Shown: positions 26,840 to 40,442, numbered from the stretch's first letter. The stretch: 64,000 bases of DNA from Octopus sinensis (GCF_006345805.1 NC_043006.1:63674001-63738000); one strand, 5' to 3'. Notes: a model not told the origin generated them from the sequence alone. Translations and numbers: made by a program.

Positions 26840-27150
26840 AATAATCTCCATTTTTTCACTCTAAAGCTGTTTGCTCAAGCGTATTGTAAGCTATATTAAC
26901 TGTGGAGGGGTTACTCTTCAGCTGGTCCTTATATCTGGGCTATGGTCGACTAACATTCCTGAGCCCACTGTCAAGCTGGCTGTATATGAGGACTTTGGAT
27001 ATTCTTGCGTCATTCACTCTGACAACATGGCCAGCTCAGCACAATTGAAACTGCATAAGGAAGCTCTCAGTTCTACCAATCTGACACTTGCTAGACAGGT
27101 CGACATTAGACACTGTCTTTTAGTGAATAACTGCAGATTGTTCTAAGACA
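26840..27150 (-). mobile_element. Degraded LINE (RTE/BovB-like) C-terminal fragment
   Basis: Minus-strand translation contains PRYKDQLK...EQTA, resembling the RTE RxRYKDxLK motif. Confidence 0.6.
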
Positions 27151-28052
27151 GCTTTTGTGGAAAACTTCTCTCTCTCTCCCGCGCTCTCTCGTTCTCTCTT
27201 TATATACACATCATTGTGTATCTGTCTTTGTGTGTGTGTTCTGTCCCTCGGCACTAGCGTTGGTGTGTTTACACTCCCAGAATTTAGCAGTTCTGCCAAA
27301 AGAAACGGACCAATAGATCGAGTACTAAACTTAAAAAAAAAGGACATTTGTAGTTGTGCGTGTGCATGTGTGTATGTGTGTGTGTGAATGTAGAGAAGTG
27401 GTGGTGGTGGTGGTGGTGGTGGTAGTGATGGTGCAAGCAACGATATTTTTTTGATGTATGGGAAGCAGTACAGACATGGTGGTTGCCAGTGGTAGTTGTG
27501 GTGGTGGTTGTTAGGGAAATGGCAATTGGTATCTGAAGGGGAAATCACATATAAATACTGTTATGATTGTGATGAAGCAGAGGCAGTGAGGCAGAGGTGG
27601 CAGCAACAGTAGCAGTGGTGGTGGTGGTGGTGCTGCTGGTGTTGCTGGTGGTGGTGGTGGTGGTGGCAGCGGTGGTAGTGTCTGTCTATCCCCTGTCTCC
27701 TGTCTAACCACTGTATCTCACTCTTCTTTCTGCCCCCCCCCACACTAACATGGGTGGATATAATAGGTAAGGAGGTGTGGGGTGAGGAGATTTAGGACTT
27801 ACAGGAACATGAAGAACAGGAAGTGGATGTGGAGCCTGTGAAGTGGGTTCAGGAGAAAATGATAAAGGCAGAACCACCCACACCCTTCACATATACCTAC
27901 ACAAGCAACACTGTACATATAGGGTGTACAAGTATATATATGATGATAGTACATATACATATATATATGTACATATATTTATCATATATCTTTATATCTA
28001 TGCAGATGCACATACAAACACACATACATACACACACATATATATAAACATA

Positions 28053-28340
28053 TATGGCTGTGTGGTAAGAAGCTTGCTTCCCAACCACATGGTTCTGGGG
28101 TTCAGTCCCACTGTGTGGCACTTTGGCCAAGTGTCTTCTACTATAGCCTTGGGCTGACAAAAGCTTTGTGAGTAGATTTGGTAGGCAGAAACTGAAAGAA
28201 GCCCATCTGATATATATATATATAAAATATATAATATATATAGCATATATATTAGTCCAACCCATGCTAGCATGGAGAACGGACAATGATGATGATGATG
28301 ATGATATATATATATATATATATGTGGTGTGTATGTATGG

Positions 28341-28434
<94 letters not shown>

Positions 28435-28611
28435 GTATATTTATGTGTTGTATGAAAGGCAAAGTCGACCTCGGTAGAATTTAACTCAGAACATTAACGG
28501 CAGATGAAATACCACTAAGCATTTCGCCTGGCATCATAATGTTTCTGCCAGCTAGCCACCTTCAGCAAAAAAAAAAATTAAATGTATTACACACATGCAT
28601 GCACGTGCACA

Positions 28612-28654
<43 letters not shown>

Positions 28655-28875
28655 ACATACACACCAATATCAGAGAGTGAGAATGAGTGCTGAACATCAC
28701 ATTGATCAATAAATGTTCATTATATGAATATTAACAAGGCTACCACTGGTTTCATGCCAAGAATTCTCAGGAATTATGTAGCCCGGACCATAAGACTGTT
28801 AGTACTCACATCCATCTTGGATGAAACAAATGGTAACCTTGTTACCCAACAAATAAAGTATATAGGAATATACAC

Positions 28876-28906
<31 letters not shown>

Positions 28907-29216
28907 TATATGAGTTTGAGAAGCCACACCCGAAAAGCACAGCTTGTTAGATGGTAGATTTATTTACTACATCTCCATACTCCCTACATTACACAAACAC
29001 ATGCTTGCTTTGATATATATATATATATAGGCACAGGCGTGGCTGTGTGGTAAGTAGCTTGCTTAATAACCACATGGTTCCAGGTCCAGTCCCACTGCAT
29101 GGCACCTTGGGCAAGTGTCTTCTACTATAGCTTTGGGCCAACCAAAGCCTTTATGAGTGGACTTGGTAGATAGAAACTGAAAGAAGCCTGTCGCATATAT
29201 ACATAGATATATATAT

Positions 29217-29247
<31 letters not shown>

Positions 29248-29468
29248 CATGTGTGTGTTTGTGTGTCTGTGTTTGTCTCCCCCAACATCACTTGACAACT
29301 GATGCTGGTGTGTTTATGTCCCCGTAGCTTAACAGTTCAGCAAAGAGACCGATAGAATAAGTACTAGGCTTACGAAGAATATGTTCTGGGGTCGATTTGT
29401 TCAACTAAAGACAGTGCTCCATCATGGCCACAGTCAAATGACTGAAAGAAATAAAAGAATAAAAGAAT
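28053..29468 (+). mobile_element. Family-A SINEs: partial copy 28053-28210 and full copy 29028-29468
   Basis: tRNA-like head, core and tail as at 7248. Confidence 0.75.
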
Positions 29469-30214
29469 ACTTTTACAAGAGGAGGGGTGAGGTCTAACAG
29501 AGGTGATTATATTAACACTTCGAAGTCACTGTCACCTCTCTTTTTGAAAAAGGATAATAAATATGCACCTTTCGAAAAGTATTAAGTAATTCTCTTTAGT
29601 TTCATGTTAAATTCTTCTAACACAACATAAAAGACAAACATTAATCTCCTTCTCTCTCTCTCTATATATATATATATCTTTTTAACTCTCTCAAATTCTC
29701 TCTGATGATGGGATGTCTTTTGTGTCCCTGAAACAGCTGTAAGACTACCTTGCTCTTTATAAATAATGCACTAAATATTTCACATTGCATTGGCTTTGTT
29801 GTCTCATTTTATTTAACACACACACACACACACGCATGTATATACAAATATATACACACACATATACACATATACATACATATATATATATATACCTATA
29901 CACACATACACACACACACACATATATATGTATATATATTTCTCTCTAGTTTCAGCTCAAAGCTGTGGCTATGCTGATGCACCACCGTTTATATATATAT
30001 ATATATGTGTGTGTATATATACATATATATATGTATATATATGTATGTGTTATATATATATATATATATATATCTACACATACATATATATGTATATATA
30101 TGTCTATATATAAACATATTATATGTGTATATTTATATGTATATAAATATATATATATATATTATATGTATACATATATACATATATAAATATAGTATAT
30201 ATACATATAAGACT

Positions 30215-30915
30215 CAGCAAACCAAGTGAGATCATAGCTGTGATTGATGCCAGTGTCACATAACTGGTCCGTTTAAAAGTGCCCCTTCAATCATCAGCCA
30301 ATATGCTGCGCTTAAGAAGACCTGTTGAGTCAAGTGAAATCGTAGTTGTGATTGATGTCGGTGCTGCCTGACTGGCATCTGTGGCAGTGACACGTAAAAA
30401 GCACCATTCGAGTAAGTCTGATGCCAGTGCTGGTGGCACGTTAACCCTTTCATTACCGTATTTATTTTGAGATCCTCTGTGTTTCTTCCAATTATTTTAA
30501 ATATAACAAAGAATTTAGTAAAATAACTTAGTTATCATTAAGCTAGTGTTAGGAACATAAATTGTGACTAAGATTTGGTGGAAGATTTTAATTCCAAACT
30601 TATGAAAACAAGACATTTATGCTAAAGAGCCAGAGCTGGTTTCAACCGGGTTGGTAACGAAAGGGTTAAAAAGCACCATTTCAGCATGGTCAATGCAAGT
30701 GCCGCCTGACTGATCCCTGTGTCAGCGACACTTAAAAAACACCTACAACACTCAGAGCTGTTGGTGTTAGGAAGGGCATCCAGCTGTAGGAGTCTTGCCA
30801 GATTAGATTGGAGCCTGGTGCAGCCCCCTGGCTTGCCAGTCTTCAGCCAAACCGTCCAACACATGCCAGCATAGAAAGCAGACGTTAAACGATGAGGATG
30901 ACGAAGACGATGATG
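30215..30915 (+). mobile_element. RTE LINE 3' UTR copy interrupted by a piggyBac-like MITE
   Basis: Tail sequence resumes immediately after the TTAA-flanked insert. Confidence 0.75.
30445..30665. mobile_element. piggyBac-like MITE
   Basis: TTAA|ccctttcattacc ... ggtaacgaaaggg|TTAA: TIRs starting CCC plus a TTAA duplication. Confidence 0.85.
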
Positions 30916-30924
30916 ATATATATA

Positions 30925-31942
30925 CTAGCATTAAAGACCCGTCGTTGCTGGGTCGTAGTGCTAGTGCATGTATATATGTGTATATATATGTGTACATATT
31001 ACATGTACATCTATATATATACATCTACACATAAAATACAAAATACAAAGTTATATCTTGATATCGCAAGTGATAACAATACTCAAAATATATAACAGAC
31101 TGGAATTGTTAGCCCGTCTCTTGTAATTTTGATCAATTGTATCTTGTCCTCCCTCTTGAAGTGTGGCTACAATCCAGCCTACCTCTACTTCTGGGAGGGA
31201 GGGGGATTTTTAATTTTTTTCCGGGACGTCCTGCGTCCCAGATATAAAGGTAAAAATAAAATAAAGTACTCCCTTGCATGCTCCGTTGACTTGAACCATG
31301 CTTCTATTGTGGCGAATTTACCACCTCTGATTAGATAACTTTCATAGTCGCACCAAGACACTTTTCGAAGGTGCTTTCCTGTGTTCAAATCTTCTTTTTT
31401 CTCTACATTGTATACTTTATAGCCAATAGTCTTTTCTTTAATTTAATTTTTTATTATCCATCTGGACTATTCCATTTCTGCACGCTAATTTTATTTTTAA
31501 TTTACTCCCATTCATGTGAAACCACTTATTCAAGTTCAAGTCATTGATGCAATTTTATACCAATTGCTATTTTTACTTTTTTTTATGTTACGATTATATT
31601 ATACTTTAGTTTGATTTTAATTATTACTTACTACATATAATTCAATTGTTATTATTATTTTTATTGTTAAAGTGAAAGTATCTGACATAAAATAGAGAAA
31701 TGTTTTTGTTTCACTTTTAACACGTAATACTGAAATAGTGGAGAAGTTATGATATTGCTATGGGCTCGCTCTAGGCAAGAAGTTGCACATTGTTTTTGCC
31801 AATGACACTCCCTGGACCATAAGTAAGGCATGTGTAAAATTTGAATGAAATTGGTTGTGTAGTTCTCAAGTTTTAGGGAAACACACAGACAGACAGACAG
31901 ATAGACAGACAGACACACATACTCAGTTTTATATATATAAAG
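30925..31942 (-). mobile_element. Non-autonomous Helitron (about 1.0 kb)
   Basis: On the minus strand: 5' TCTTATATATATAAAA followed by a (GTCT)n block, 3' hairpin GACCC..GGGTC then CTAG; inserted between A and T. Confidence 0.8.
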
Positions 31943-32027
31943 ATATATATGTTGTAGTTAATGCACATGAATGAAAACATACATAAAGAAGGACTTGAAT
32001 TGCCCAATATATATATGTGTGTGTGTG

Positions 32028-32062
<35 letters not shown>

Positions 32063-32592
32063 ACTGGGCCTGATGAAGCCTTCCAGCTTCACAGACCCCA
32101 GTTGAACCGTCCAACCCATGCTAGCATGGAGAACGGACGCTAAATGATGATGATATATATGCATATATATATATATGTGTGCATATATATATATATGTGT
32201 GCATATATATATATGTGTGCATATATATATATATGTGTGCATATATATATATATATATATGCACACATGCACATACATATAGCCAGTCATCACCACCACC
32301 ACTGTCACTGCCATCATTGTTGTTGTGATTATTATCGTTGTTGTCATCGTCATCATTGTTGTCATCACCTTGTTGTCATATATATATATTGATGTATATA
32401 ATATGTGGTTGGGGCAATGGACAGAACACGTACCCATATCAAATTGCACATATGCACATAGAGCACATACAGACACACACATAGACATACACAGACACAT
32501 ACACATAGGCATACACCCACACACACGCACGCACACACACACACACGCACACACACATATATATGCATACATATGTGTCACTGTGTGTGTGT

Positions 32593-32635
<43 letters not shown>

Positions 32636-33764
32636 ACGCGTGTGTGTGTGTGTGTGTGTGTGTGTGCACGCGTGTGTGTGGTGTGTGTATGATACTTGGA
32701 GTGGAATAAAGTTCACCAGGTACTCCAGATGCTGAGTATTTCAGAATGTCAGGTACAGATACGCCATGATGTTTTTAAAAGTATCAGGGTACAAGGAAGG
32801 GTGCCAGCATGCTAGAAGTAGGGATAATTAGGGGATGAGAAAGAGAGAAAGAGAGAGGGATTGAATAAGAGAGGGAGAGAGTTGCTTTAGCTGTCAAAAT
32901 GTTATTACTGGTAAATCAACCCAGCATGGAGGTGTGTGTTATGACTGAGCTGGGTGGATGTAAGAGTGGAGGCAGGGAAGAGTCAGTTAAAGAATGGGTG
33001 GGGTGTATTAGGGGTGGTGCAGTTGTGGGTCCTAGTGATATTATATATTAGGAGGGGCTGGTTGCAAATATCGTGGGGTAATGAGGGATTGATGGTGGGA
33101 TTGGAGAATGAGAAGGGGTTAGAAGGATAGCGAGAGAAAGAAAGAAAAGGCAAGGGAGATGGAGAAAGAAAGAAAGAAAGAAAGAAAGAATGAATGAGTG
33201 AAGGAGAGAAGTTGTATTAAAGAGAGGCAGGATAAAAATAGATGGATTGGTCCACTGATGCATTGTTGGGTCAAATATACAGGCATTTGGATTGCCAGGT
33301 AGTCAGGTAGACAGATGGATAAATATCCAGGTGGATAGAAGATTGAATTGTCAGGTAGATAATTTATCAGACAGGTGGATTGATAGCTAAATAGACAGGT
33401 AGACTAGTAGACAAATTGACAGGTGAACAAATTAAGGAATAGGTGGGCAGATAGCTAAAAAGTGAGGCATACAGCTAGAAAGATGGATAAATAGACAGGT
33501 AGATTGATGGTCTGATGGACAGGTAAATAGGTGGATTAATTATCAAGTGCATTAATGGTAAGGCATACAGGTAAAAACAGGTAGATAGATGGGAAGATAT
33601 ACAAATAGATTGATGGTGATACATGCAGTAGAGAGATCAATTATTGCACAGCTGTGTTGAGGGTTGAAAGGATAGGTAGATAAGTGAGTAAGTGTGTAGG
33701 GTTATAGACAGGTTAGAAAAAAGGCACAAGGGATATATGCACACATCTGCTAACACACACACAC

Positions 33765-33811
<47 letters not shown>

Positions 33812-33977
33812 ACAGATTAGACATACCCACATGTAGACAGTGAGTTCTTGGTACCTTGGGCAAATGTCTTCAATGATAGTCCTGAGCTGATCAAAGCCTT
33901 GTGAGTAGATTTGGTAGACGGAAACTGAAAGAACCCCATCAAATATGTGTTTTTATATTCTTTTATTATTTTACTGT

Positions 33978-34312
33978 GAAGGCACATGGCTCAGTGGTTA
34001 GAGTGTCGAGCTCACAATCACGAGGTAGTTAGTTCGATTCCCGGACTGGGCTGTGTGTTGTGTTCTTGAGCAAGACACTTTATTTCACGTTGCTCCAGTT
34101 CACTCAGCTGTAGAAATGAGTTGCCACATCACTGGTGCCAAGCTGTATCAGCTTTTGTCTTTTTCTTGGATAACATCGGTGGTGTGGAGAGGGGAAGCTG
34201 GCATGCATGGGCGATTGCTGGTCTTCCATAAACAACCTTGCCTGGACATCTGCCTGAGAGGAGTACTTTTTAGGTGCAATCCCATGGTCAGCCAATGACC
34301 GAAAGGGGTCTT
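33978..34312 (+). mobile_element. Family-C tRNA-derived SINE
   Basis: tggctcagtggttagag (A box) and gttcgattccc (B box), then ttgagcaagacact...cactcagctgtagaaatgag. Confidence 0.8.
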
Positions 34313-34315
34313 AGC

Positions 34316-34525
34316 ATTCTTTTACTTGCTTCAGTCATTTGACTATGGCCATGCTGGAGCACTGCCTTTAGTCGAACAAACTAACCCCATGACTTATTCT
34401 TTGTAAGCCTAGTATTTATTCTATTCATCTCTTTTTGCTGAACGACTGAGTTACGGGGACGTAAACACACCAACATCGGTTGTCAAGTGATGGTTGGGGG
34501 ACAAGCACAGACATACAAATATATG

Positions 34526-34560
<35 letters not shown>

Positions 34561-34765
34561 CACACACACACACACATATTTATATATATATGACGGGCTT
34601 CTTTCAGTTTCCGTCTGCCAAATCCACTCACAAGGCTTTGGTCGGCCTGAGGCTATAGTAGAAGACACTTGTCCAAGGTGCCATGCAGTGGGGTGGAACC
34701 TGGAACCATGTAGTTGGTAATGTAGTTGGTAAGCAAGCTACTTACCACATAGCCTCTCCTGCGTT
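34316..34765 (-). mobile_element. Family-A SINE
   Basis: Full-length reverse-complement copy. Confidence 0.8.
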
Positions 34766-35299
34766 ATAGATATATACACACATACACACATACATACATA
34801 CATGCATACATACATACATACATATGTATATAAATCTATATATATATATATACATACATACATACATACATGCATACATACATATGTATGTAGTTAAAGT
34901 TAATCCAAACATGAAAGCACAAAAAAACACAACAATACGAGGACGTGGAACAAATATAGTATTATTGGATGCTCAGGAAAGAAGGAAAGAAGGAGGGTTT
35001 AACGTTTCGAGCGGAGCTCTTCATCGGAAACATAGAAGAAGGAAAGATCCAGAGAAGGGAAGACAGAGGAAAAAAAAATCGCCAACAGTACACACGCGGT
35101 CACACATCACGCACGCACACACACACACACACACACATATTCATACATATATACATATATATAGATCAGGAGGGTTCAAAGCATTTGAAAGACTTCTGAA
35201 AACTTGTGGATACCTAAGGTTACAGGTAGAAAGCAGCTACCCATATGAATCCTGCCAGGAATAAGACCGAACCTGAGCCAAACCAAAATAATAATAATA

Positions 35300-35510
35300 A
35301 TCCTTTCTACTGAAAGCACAAAGTCTGAAATTTGGGGGAGGGGACTGGTCAATTACAGCGACCCCAGTATTTCACTGGTACTTAATTTATCAACCCCAAA
35401 AGGATGAAAGGCAATGTGTTCCTTGGCGGAATTTGAACTCAGAATATAAAGACGGACAAAATGCTGTCAAGCATTTTTGCCGCACGTGATTCTGCCAGTT
35501 CACTGCCTTT
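35300..35510 (-). mobile_element. Family-B SINE
   Basis: Family-B core motif. Confidence 0.7.
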
Positions 35511-35529
35511 TAATAATAATGAATAAATA

Positions 35530-36070
35530 ACATTTGTCCTCATCCACCTGGGCTACTGCTCCCAGCTATGGTCAGCCAACAGTGTAAAATTAACAGCGGC
35601 CCTTGAAGCAATCCAGCAAAGCTTCACAAAGAAGGCCATCTCTTTGCAACAGCTCAGCTACTGGGAAAGGCTGGGAAAGCTAAGACTCTACTCCCTGGAG
35701 TCTACTCCCTGCAGCAATATACATCTGGAAGGTCCTGGAAGGAATTGTGCCAAATTTTGGCATTGAAAGCTATACCAATTCCATAATGGGTTGACACTGT
35801 ACAGTGCCAAAGATCCCAGCAATGCCATCCCACTTCAGGACCAGTTATTGCAACAGCCTAGGTTTCAGGGGCCCACAGCTTTTTAATATTCTCCCAAAGA
35901 ACCTGAGAGACCTACATAAAGTGGATGTAGGTGTTTTCAAATCAAAACTGGATTTCTTCCTGTTGAGAGTCTCATATGAACCTATCTCACAGCAAGAGGA
36001 GCAAATGAGGGTAGCGACATCAAACTCCATTATTCACCAAATGTCACATATTAAAGAAGGCTCTCAATAA
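35530..36070 (+). mobile_element. CR1-like LINE 3' fragment
   Basis: Translation ...HLGYCSQLW...SYWERL..LRLYSLE...IYIWKVLEGIVPN...SLGFRGPQLFNILPKNLRD...FKSKLD is typical of the CR1/L2 ORF2 C-terminus. Confidence 0.8.
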
Positions 36071-36168
36071 TAACAGTGTAGCAAAAGAGCAGTGCCCCAG
36101 CATGGCCACAGCTCTGAGCTGAATCTGAAAAAGATATATATATATAAATAGGTAAACAAACAACTTAC

Positions 36169-36251
36169 AATTGGACAAGCAGCAGAACATGATGCTTGGA
36201 AACTTTTATCACAGCAAACTCTTCCAGGCCAGGACTGTAAACTCCGGAAAA
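36169..36251 (-). CDS. RECK: RECK exon, N-terminal half of CC2 (83 nt, phase 1-0): VFRSLQSWPGRVCCDKSFQASCSAACPI
   Basis: Acceptor ttttattttctttgtacag| and donor |gtaagt. Matches recalled human VFKKSDGWVGLGCCELAIALECRQACKQ. Confidence 0.92.
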
Positions 36252-36304
36252 CTGTACAAAGAAAATAAAATAAAGATACAACTATATGAAATGAACTTTA
36301 AACA

Positions 36305-36504
36305 TATAGGAGTGGCTGTGTGGTAAGCAGCTTGCTTACCAACCACATGGTTCTGGGTTCAGTCCCACTGCATGGCACCTTGGGCAAGTGTCTTCTACTA
36401 TAGCCTTGGACCAACCTAAGCCTTGTGAGTGGATTTAGTAGACAGAAACTGAAAGAAGCTTGTTACATATATATATATATACACACACATATATATGTGT
36501 GTGT

Positions 36505-36535
<31 letters not shown>

Positions 36536-36748
36536 AATGTGCTTGTATGTTTGTCCCCACAACATCACTTGACAACTGATGTTGGTCTGTCTGCATCCCT
36601 GTAACTTAACGGTTTGGCAAAAGTGACCATTAGAATAAGTACTAGGGTTACAAAGAACAAGTCAAGGGGTCGATTTGCTCGACTAAATGCAGTGCTCCAG
36701 CATGACCGAAGTCAATGACTAAAGCAAGTAAAAGAATAAAAGAATATA
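36305..36748 (+). mobile_element. Family-A SINE
   Basis: Full-length copy starting about 55 nt from the acceptor of exon 36169-36251. Confidence 0.8.
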
Positions 36749-36949
36749 CAAATAAAGGACCAGAACTCATTTCTGGGATAGGTAATTTGCATAAGTGAAA
36801 AGGGATTTGGGTTGAGAGAAATAACTGAGATTGGCCAGGGGCTTTTATTTGAACAAATAAGAGGGTGAAGGGTCTCTTAAATAGGTTGGAATATGAATTC
36901 TTGGGGTATTGGAATTGTCTTGGATTCTAGAGAAGGTAAACAATTTGCT

Positions 36950-37480
36950 TGGTACATACATGCATACATACATACACATCACACATACATATACACATCA
37001 CACATGCACATACCACACAATGCATGCACGCCACACTTCCACATATCACATACATGCATGCATGCACACACACACATACACATACACATACACATCCATC
37101 ATACGCATGCATGCATACACACATCACGCAACACACACACACACACACACGGAGCACACATCACACACTCACACACGCACACATCACACAAACATGCACA
37201 TGCGCCCACATGCATGCATATACACATTCACACATCACATACACACATCGCACACACATGCATGCACGCACATGCACACATCACACACACACACATCACA
37301 CGCATGCATGCACACACACATCACACATGCACACACACATGCATGCATGCACATACACATTCACACATCACACACACATGCATGCATATGCATACATCAC
37401 ACGCACGCATGCACCCACACACATCACACATACACACAGAGTCACATGCATACATGCACACACACACACACACGCACACA
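36950..37480. repeat. Degenerate (CA)n/(CATG)n alternating purine-pyrimidine tract
   Basis: Seen directly. Confidence 0.9.
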
Positions 37481-37897
37481 AGTAAGCATGGAGAAGTGAA
37501 TGTCAAAAACCATGATTGTGATGATGATGATTATGATGATCAAAATATTACTATGTATGTCTCTCTAGATATATATACATACACACATTCACCCATACAC
37601 GCACAAGCACACATTCACACATACGTGTACACGTAGATACACACACATGCGCATACATGGACCTAAGAAGTTCAGAAGGAATGGAGCTGGGAAGAGGTGG
37701 TGTTAGTGGTGGTTCTGGTGGTGGTGGTGGTGGTGTTAGTGGTGGTGGTGGTGGTGGTGGTGGTGGTAATGATGTTAGTGGCAGTGGTGTTAGTGGCGGT
37801 AGTGTTAGTGGTGGTGGTGGTGGTGGTGGTGGTGGTAATGGTGTTGGTGGTGTTGTTGTTAGTGGCGGTGGTGGTAGAGTTAGTGGTGGTGTTAGTG

Positions 37898-37929
<32 letters not shown>

Positions 37930-38524
37930 GTTGGTGGATTTTGAACTAAGCAAACAGGTGTTTGGGGTACCATTGACCCTGAGGTGGGGAAAGTAAATTT
38001 GCTCACAGCTGAGGGACATTTATTTTAGGTTCTCTCTCAGCCCATTCGCCCACTCACCCACCCCTACCGACTTTGCTACACACAGGGAAGGTCGTGAGAA
38101 TGGTGTGGTGGTGGTGGTGGTGGGGAGAAGTGGCACACATGCACACACACACATACACCACACACACACAGAAGCACTCTACTGCTCTTTTTGCACCACC
38201 ATCAGTGGCATCACCACCACCACCACCACCATTGCTTGATAATGCACTCCACTCCTCTGCTAGTCATGACCCACCCTCTCCACTATATTCTCAACCACCA
38301 CTACCACCATCACGACCCTCATTGCCACTGTGTTCCCCAACCCACCACCGCTACCCTTGTCACGGCCAATATTTGCTTCCCACATGACAGTCAAGTAGCC
38401 ATTCTTGGGTCTTGGTGCATGTCTCATCAGACACACGCACACACACACATATCTACAATATATATATAATACAAAATGGGACAAGAATGCAAAACATTTG
38501 GACAGCTAGGTGATGCCAAAAAGG

Positions 38525-38686
38525 GACAACAAAACATTCAGATAGACGATACAAAGAAAACAAGGACGGGTCATTCGGAGTTTTCTTTCCTCAGTTGAGT
38601 TCCAGATTATCTTTGCAATTTCAAGGAAAGAAAACTCCAAATGGCCTGTCCTTGTTTTCTTTGTATCGTCTGGATGTTTTGTTGTC
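38525..38686. repeat. Fold-back element with about 63-67-bp inverted arms and a 32-nt spacer
   Basis: 38525-38591 vs 38624-38686: one 4-nt indel and a few mismatches. Confidence 0.85.
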
Positions 38687-38738
38687 TATCTGGATGTTTT
38701 GTACGTACACTTTGGTCTCTTATATATATATAAATATA

Positions 38739-38783
<45 letters not shown>

Positions 38784-38883
38784 CACACAATAATATACAT
38801 ATCTACATTCATACGTATAGATTTAAGTATATATATATATATATACTTAAATCTATACGTATGAATGTATATATGTATATATA

Positions 38884-38927
<44 letters not shown>

Positions 38928-38965
38928 TGTGTGTGCATGTGTATACAGAGATATAGATATAAGTT

Positions 38966-38996
<31 letters not shown>

Positions 38997-39094
38997 GTGT
39001 ACACACACACACAACACACACATGTATATTATGTACACACACGCACACATATTAATCAATTTATTTCTTTAAATACATGCCTGTATACGTTATA

Positions 39095-39840
39095 CAATGG
39101 TTGGACAAAATTATAAGACCACTTTTTATGCAACAGTTTTGCTTTTCTTATTGGCAATATGACAACTTCAAAATTGTTGTAGTCTGTATATATGTGCTGA
39201 CATGGCATCACGCATGTTTTGTACTTTACGATATACCCACCAGTTTTTCTATATTTAAATAAGATAAAATATGTGACCTATCTGATTGTGAAAGAGGACA
39301 ACTTGTTGGAGTGCAGAAGGCAGGAGATGCAATTGTTAACATGGCTGAATCATTTAACTCTTGAACACTTAAGCAAACCATATCAAACCCAAATGTTCTA
39401 CTTGTTTTAGGCTCAAACCAGCTAGATCTGGCAGCTCACACCTACCCAACAATATCATTCTAAAAATGAACAATCACATCAAAGAAATGAAACTACAAGA
39501 CAATGCATGATTAATTCAAAACAATGTGAATAATCAACAGAGTAATCTGAATGCTAAAGGGTCAATGTTTTGAGAGGTGCTTTCTCAAAAATCATGATAG
39601 CATTTCAAAACCTTGGCAAAACCTAGTCTAGCAAGCATCATTCTGATCGGAAGGCAAAGCTGAGAGGAAGGAACTGCAGAATGGTGAAAAATATTGTAGT
39701 TAAAAACCATCAAACTACAGCAGCCAAGTGACAGCAAAGTTAAAATACCACCTTGTGAACCCTGTATAAACCCAAACCGTTTGTTGTGGGCTCCCTAAAG
39801 TTGGTTACTCTATAAGGGCTGCATTTGCTAAACCTCTCTT
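39095..39840 (+). mobile_element. Degraded Tc1-like transposon, 5' part
   Basis: TA|caatggttggacaaaatt terminus like the 63211 copy; remnants DLSDCERGQLVG and ...HLVNPV.TQTV...AAFAKPL. Confidence 0.7.
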
Positions 39841-40061
39841 CCATTCTTGCATCTATTTGGTTAAGTGGATAAAATGGTTCTTTGTATGAAGCTTGATTTC
39901 CAACCGCATGGTTCTGGGTTCAATTGCAATGCATGGTACTTTGGGCAAATGTTTTCTACTATATAGCCTTGGGTTGACCAAATTTATAAGTAAGTAGATT
40001 TGGTAGACAGAAACTGAAAGAAGCCCATTGCATAATTATATATATATATATATATATTATG

Positions 40062-40435
40062 GCTGCCCCCTCGTTATCGAGTATGGCCATTGCACGAAGC
40101 TTAACTGTTACTGGTGCTGTGATCGAATGTGACTTTTTAGCCCAGCTAAAGGTCTACACTGTCTTGTACAGAATTGGCAACTAAAACCTTTACCGGTAAT
40201 AGCCGGCTGTAGTTGTAACTGGGCTTCATGTACCTTTGCATGTCATTTAAGTCCTCCTGCCGAATTACACTCTCTTTTACATGTCCGACAGATATGATTA
40301 GTATGGTGTGTTACACCACCACCAGTGGCCAAGTTGTCACTCATCTGTCTTGCTTTATGACTACGAAGATGACTCTTGAGTCCAGCTCTACTGAGGCAGG
40401 GTCTTGCACAGACACTGCATGTCAGCATCATAGGA
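40062..40435 (-). mobile_element. RTE/BovB-like LINE 3' end with two C2H2 zinc fingers
   Basis: LTCSVCARPCLSRAGLKSHLRSH...ICRTCKRECNSAGGLK*HAKVH (one TGA), followed by a UTR ending ...ctcgataacgagggggcagcc. Confidence 0.7.
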
Positions 40436-40442
40436 AAACCCT

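Noticed and set aside
27794-27826. 33-nt AG/GT-bounded segment on the minus strand
   Set aside because: No RECK-like translation, and the flanking true exons already join in frame without it.
28812-28839. 28-nt candidate exon on the minus strand (GYHLFHPRW) with a GTGAGT donor, first considered as part of RECK CC2
   Set aside because: The 83-nt exon at 36169-36251 supplies that region with much better homology and correct phases; the acceptor is weak.
33978-34060. tRNA-like sequences here and at 56340-56410 and 56488-56560
   Set aside because: These are SINE heads continuing into SINE bodies, without a complete acceptor stem; not tRNA genes.
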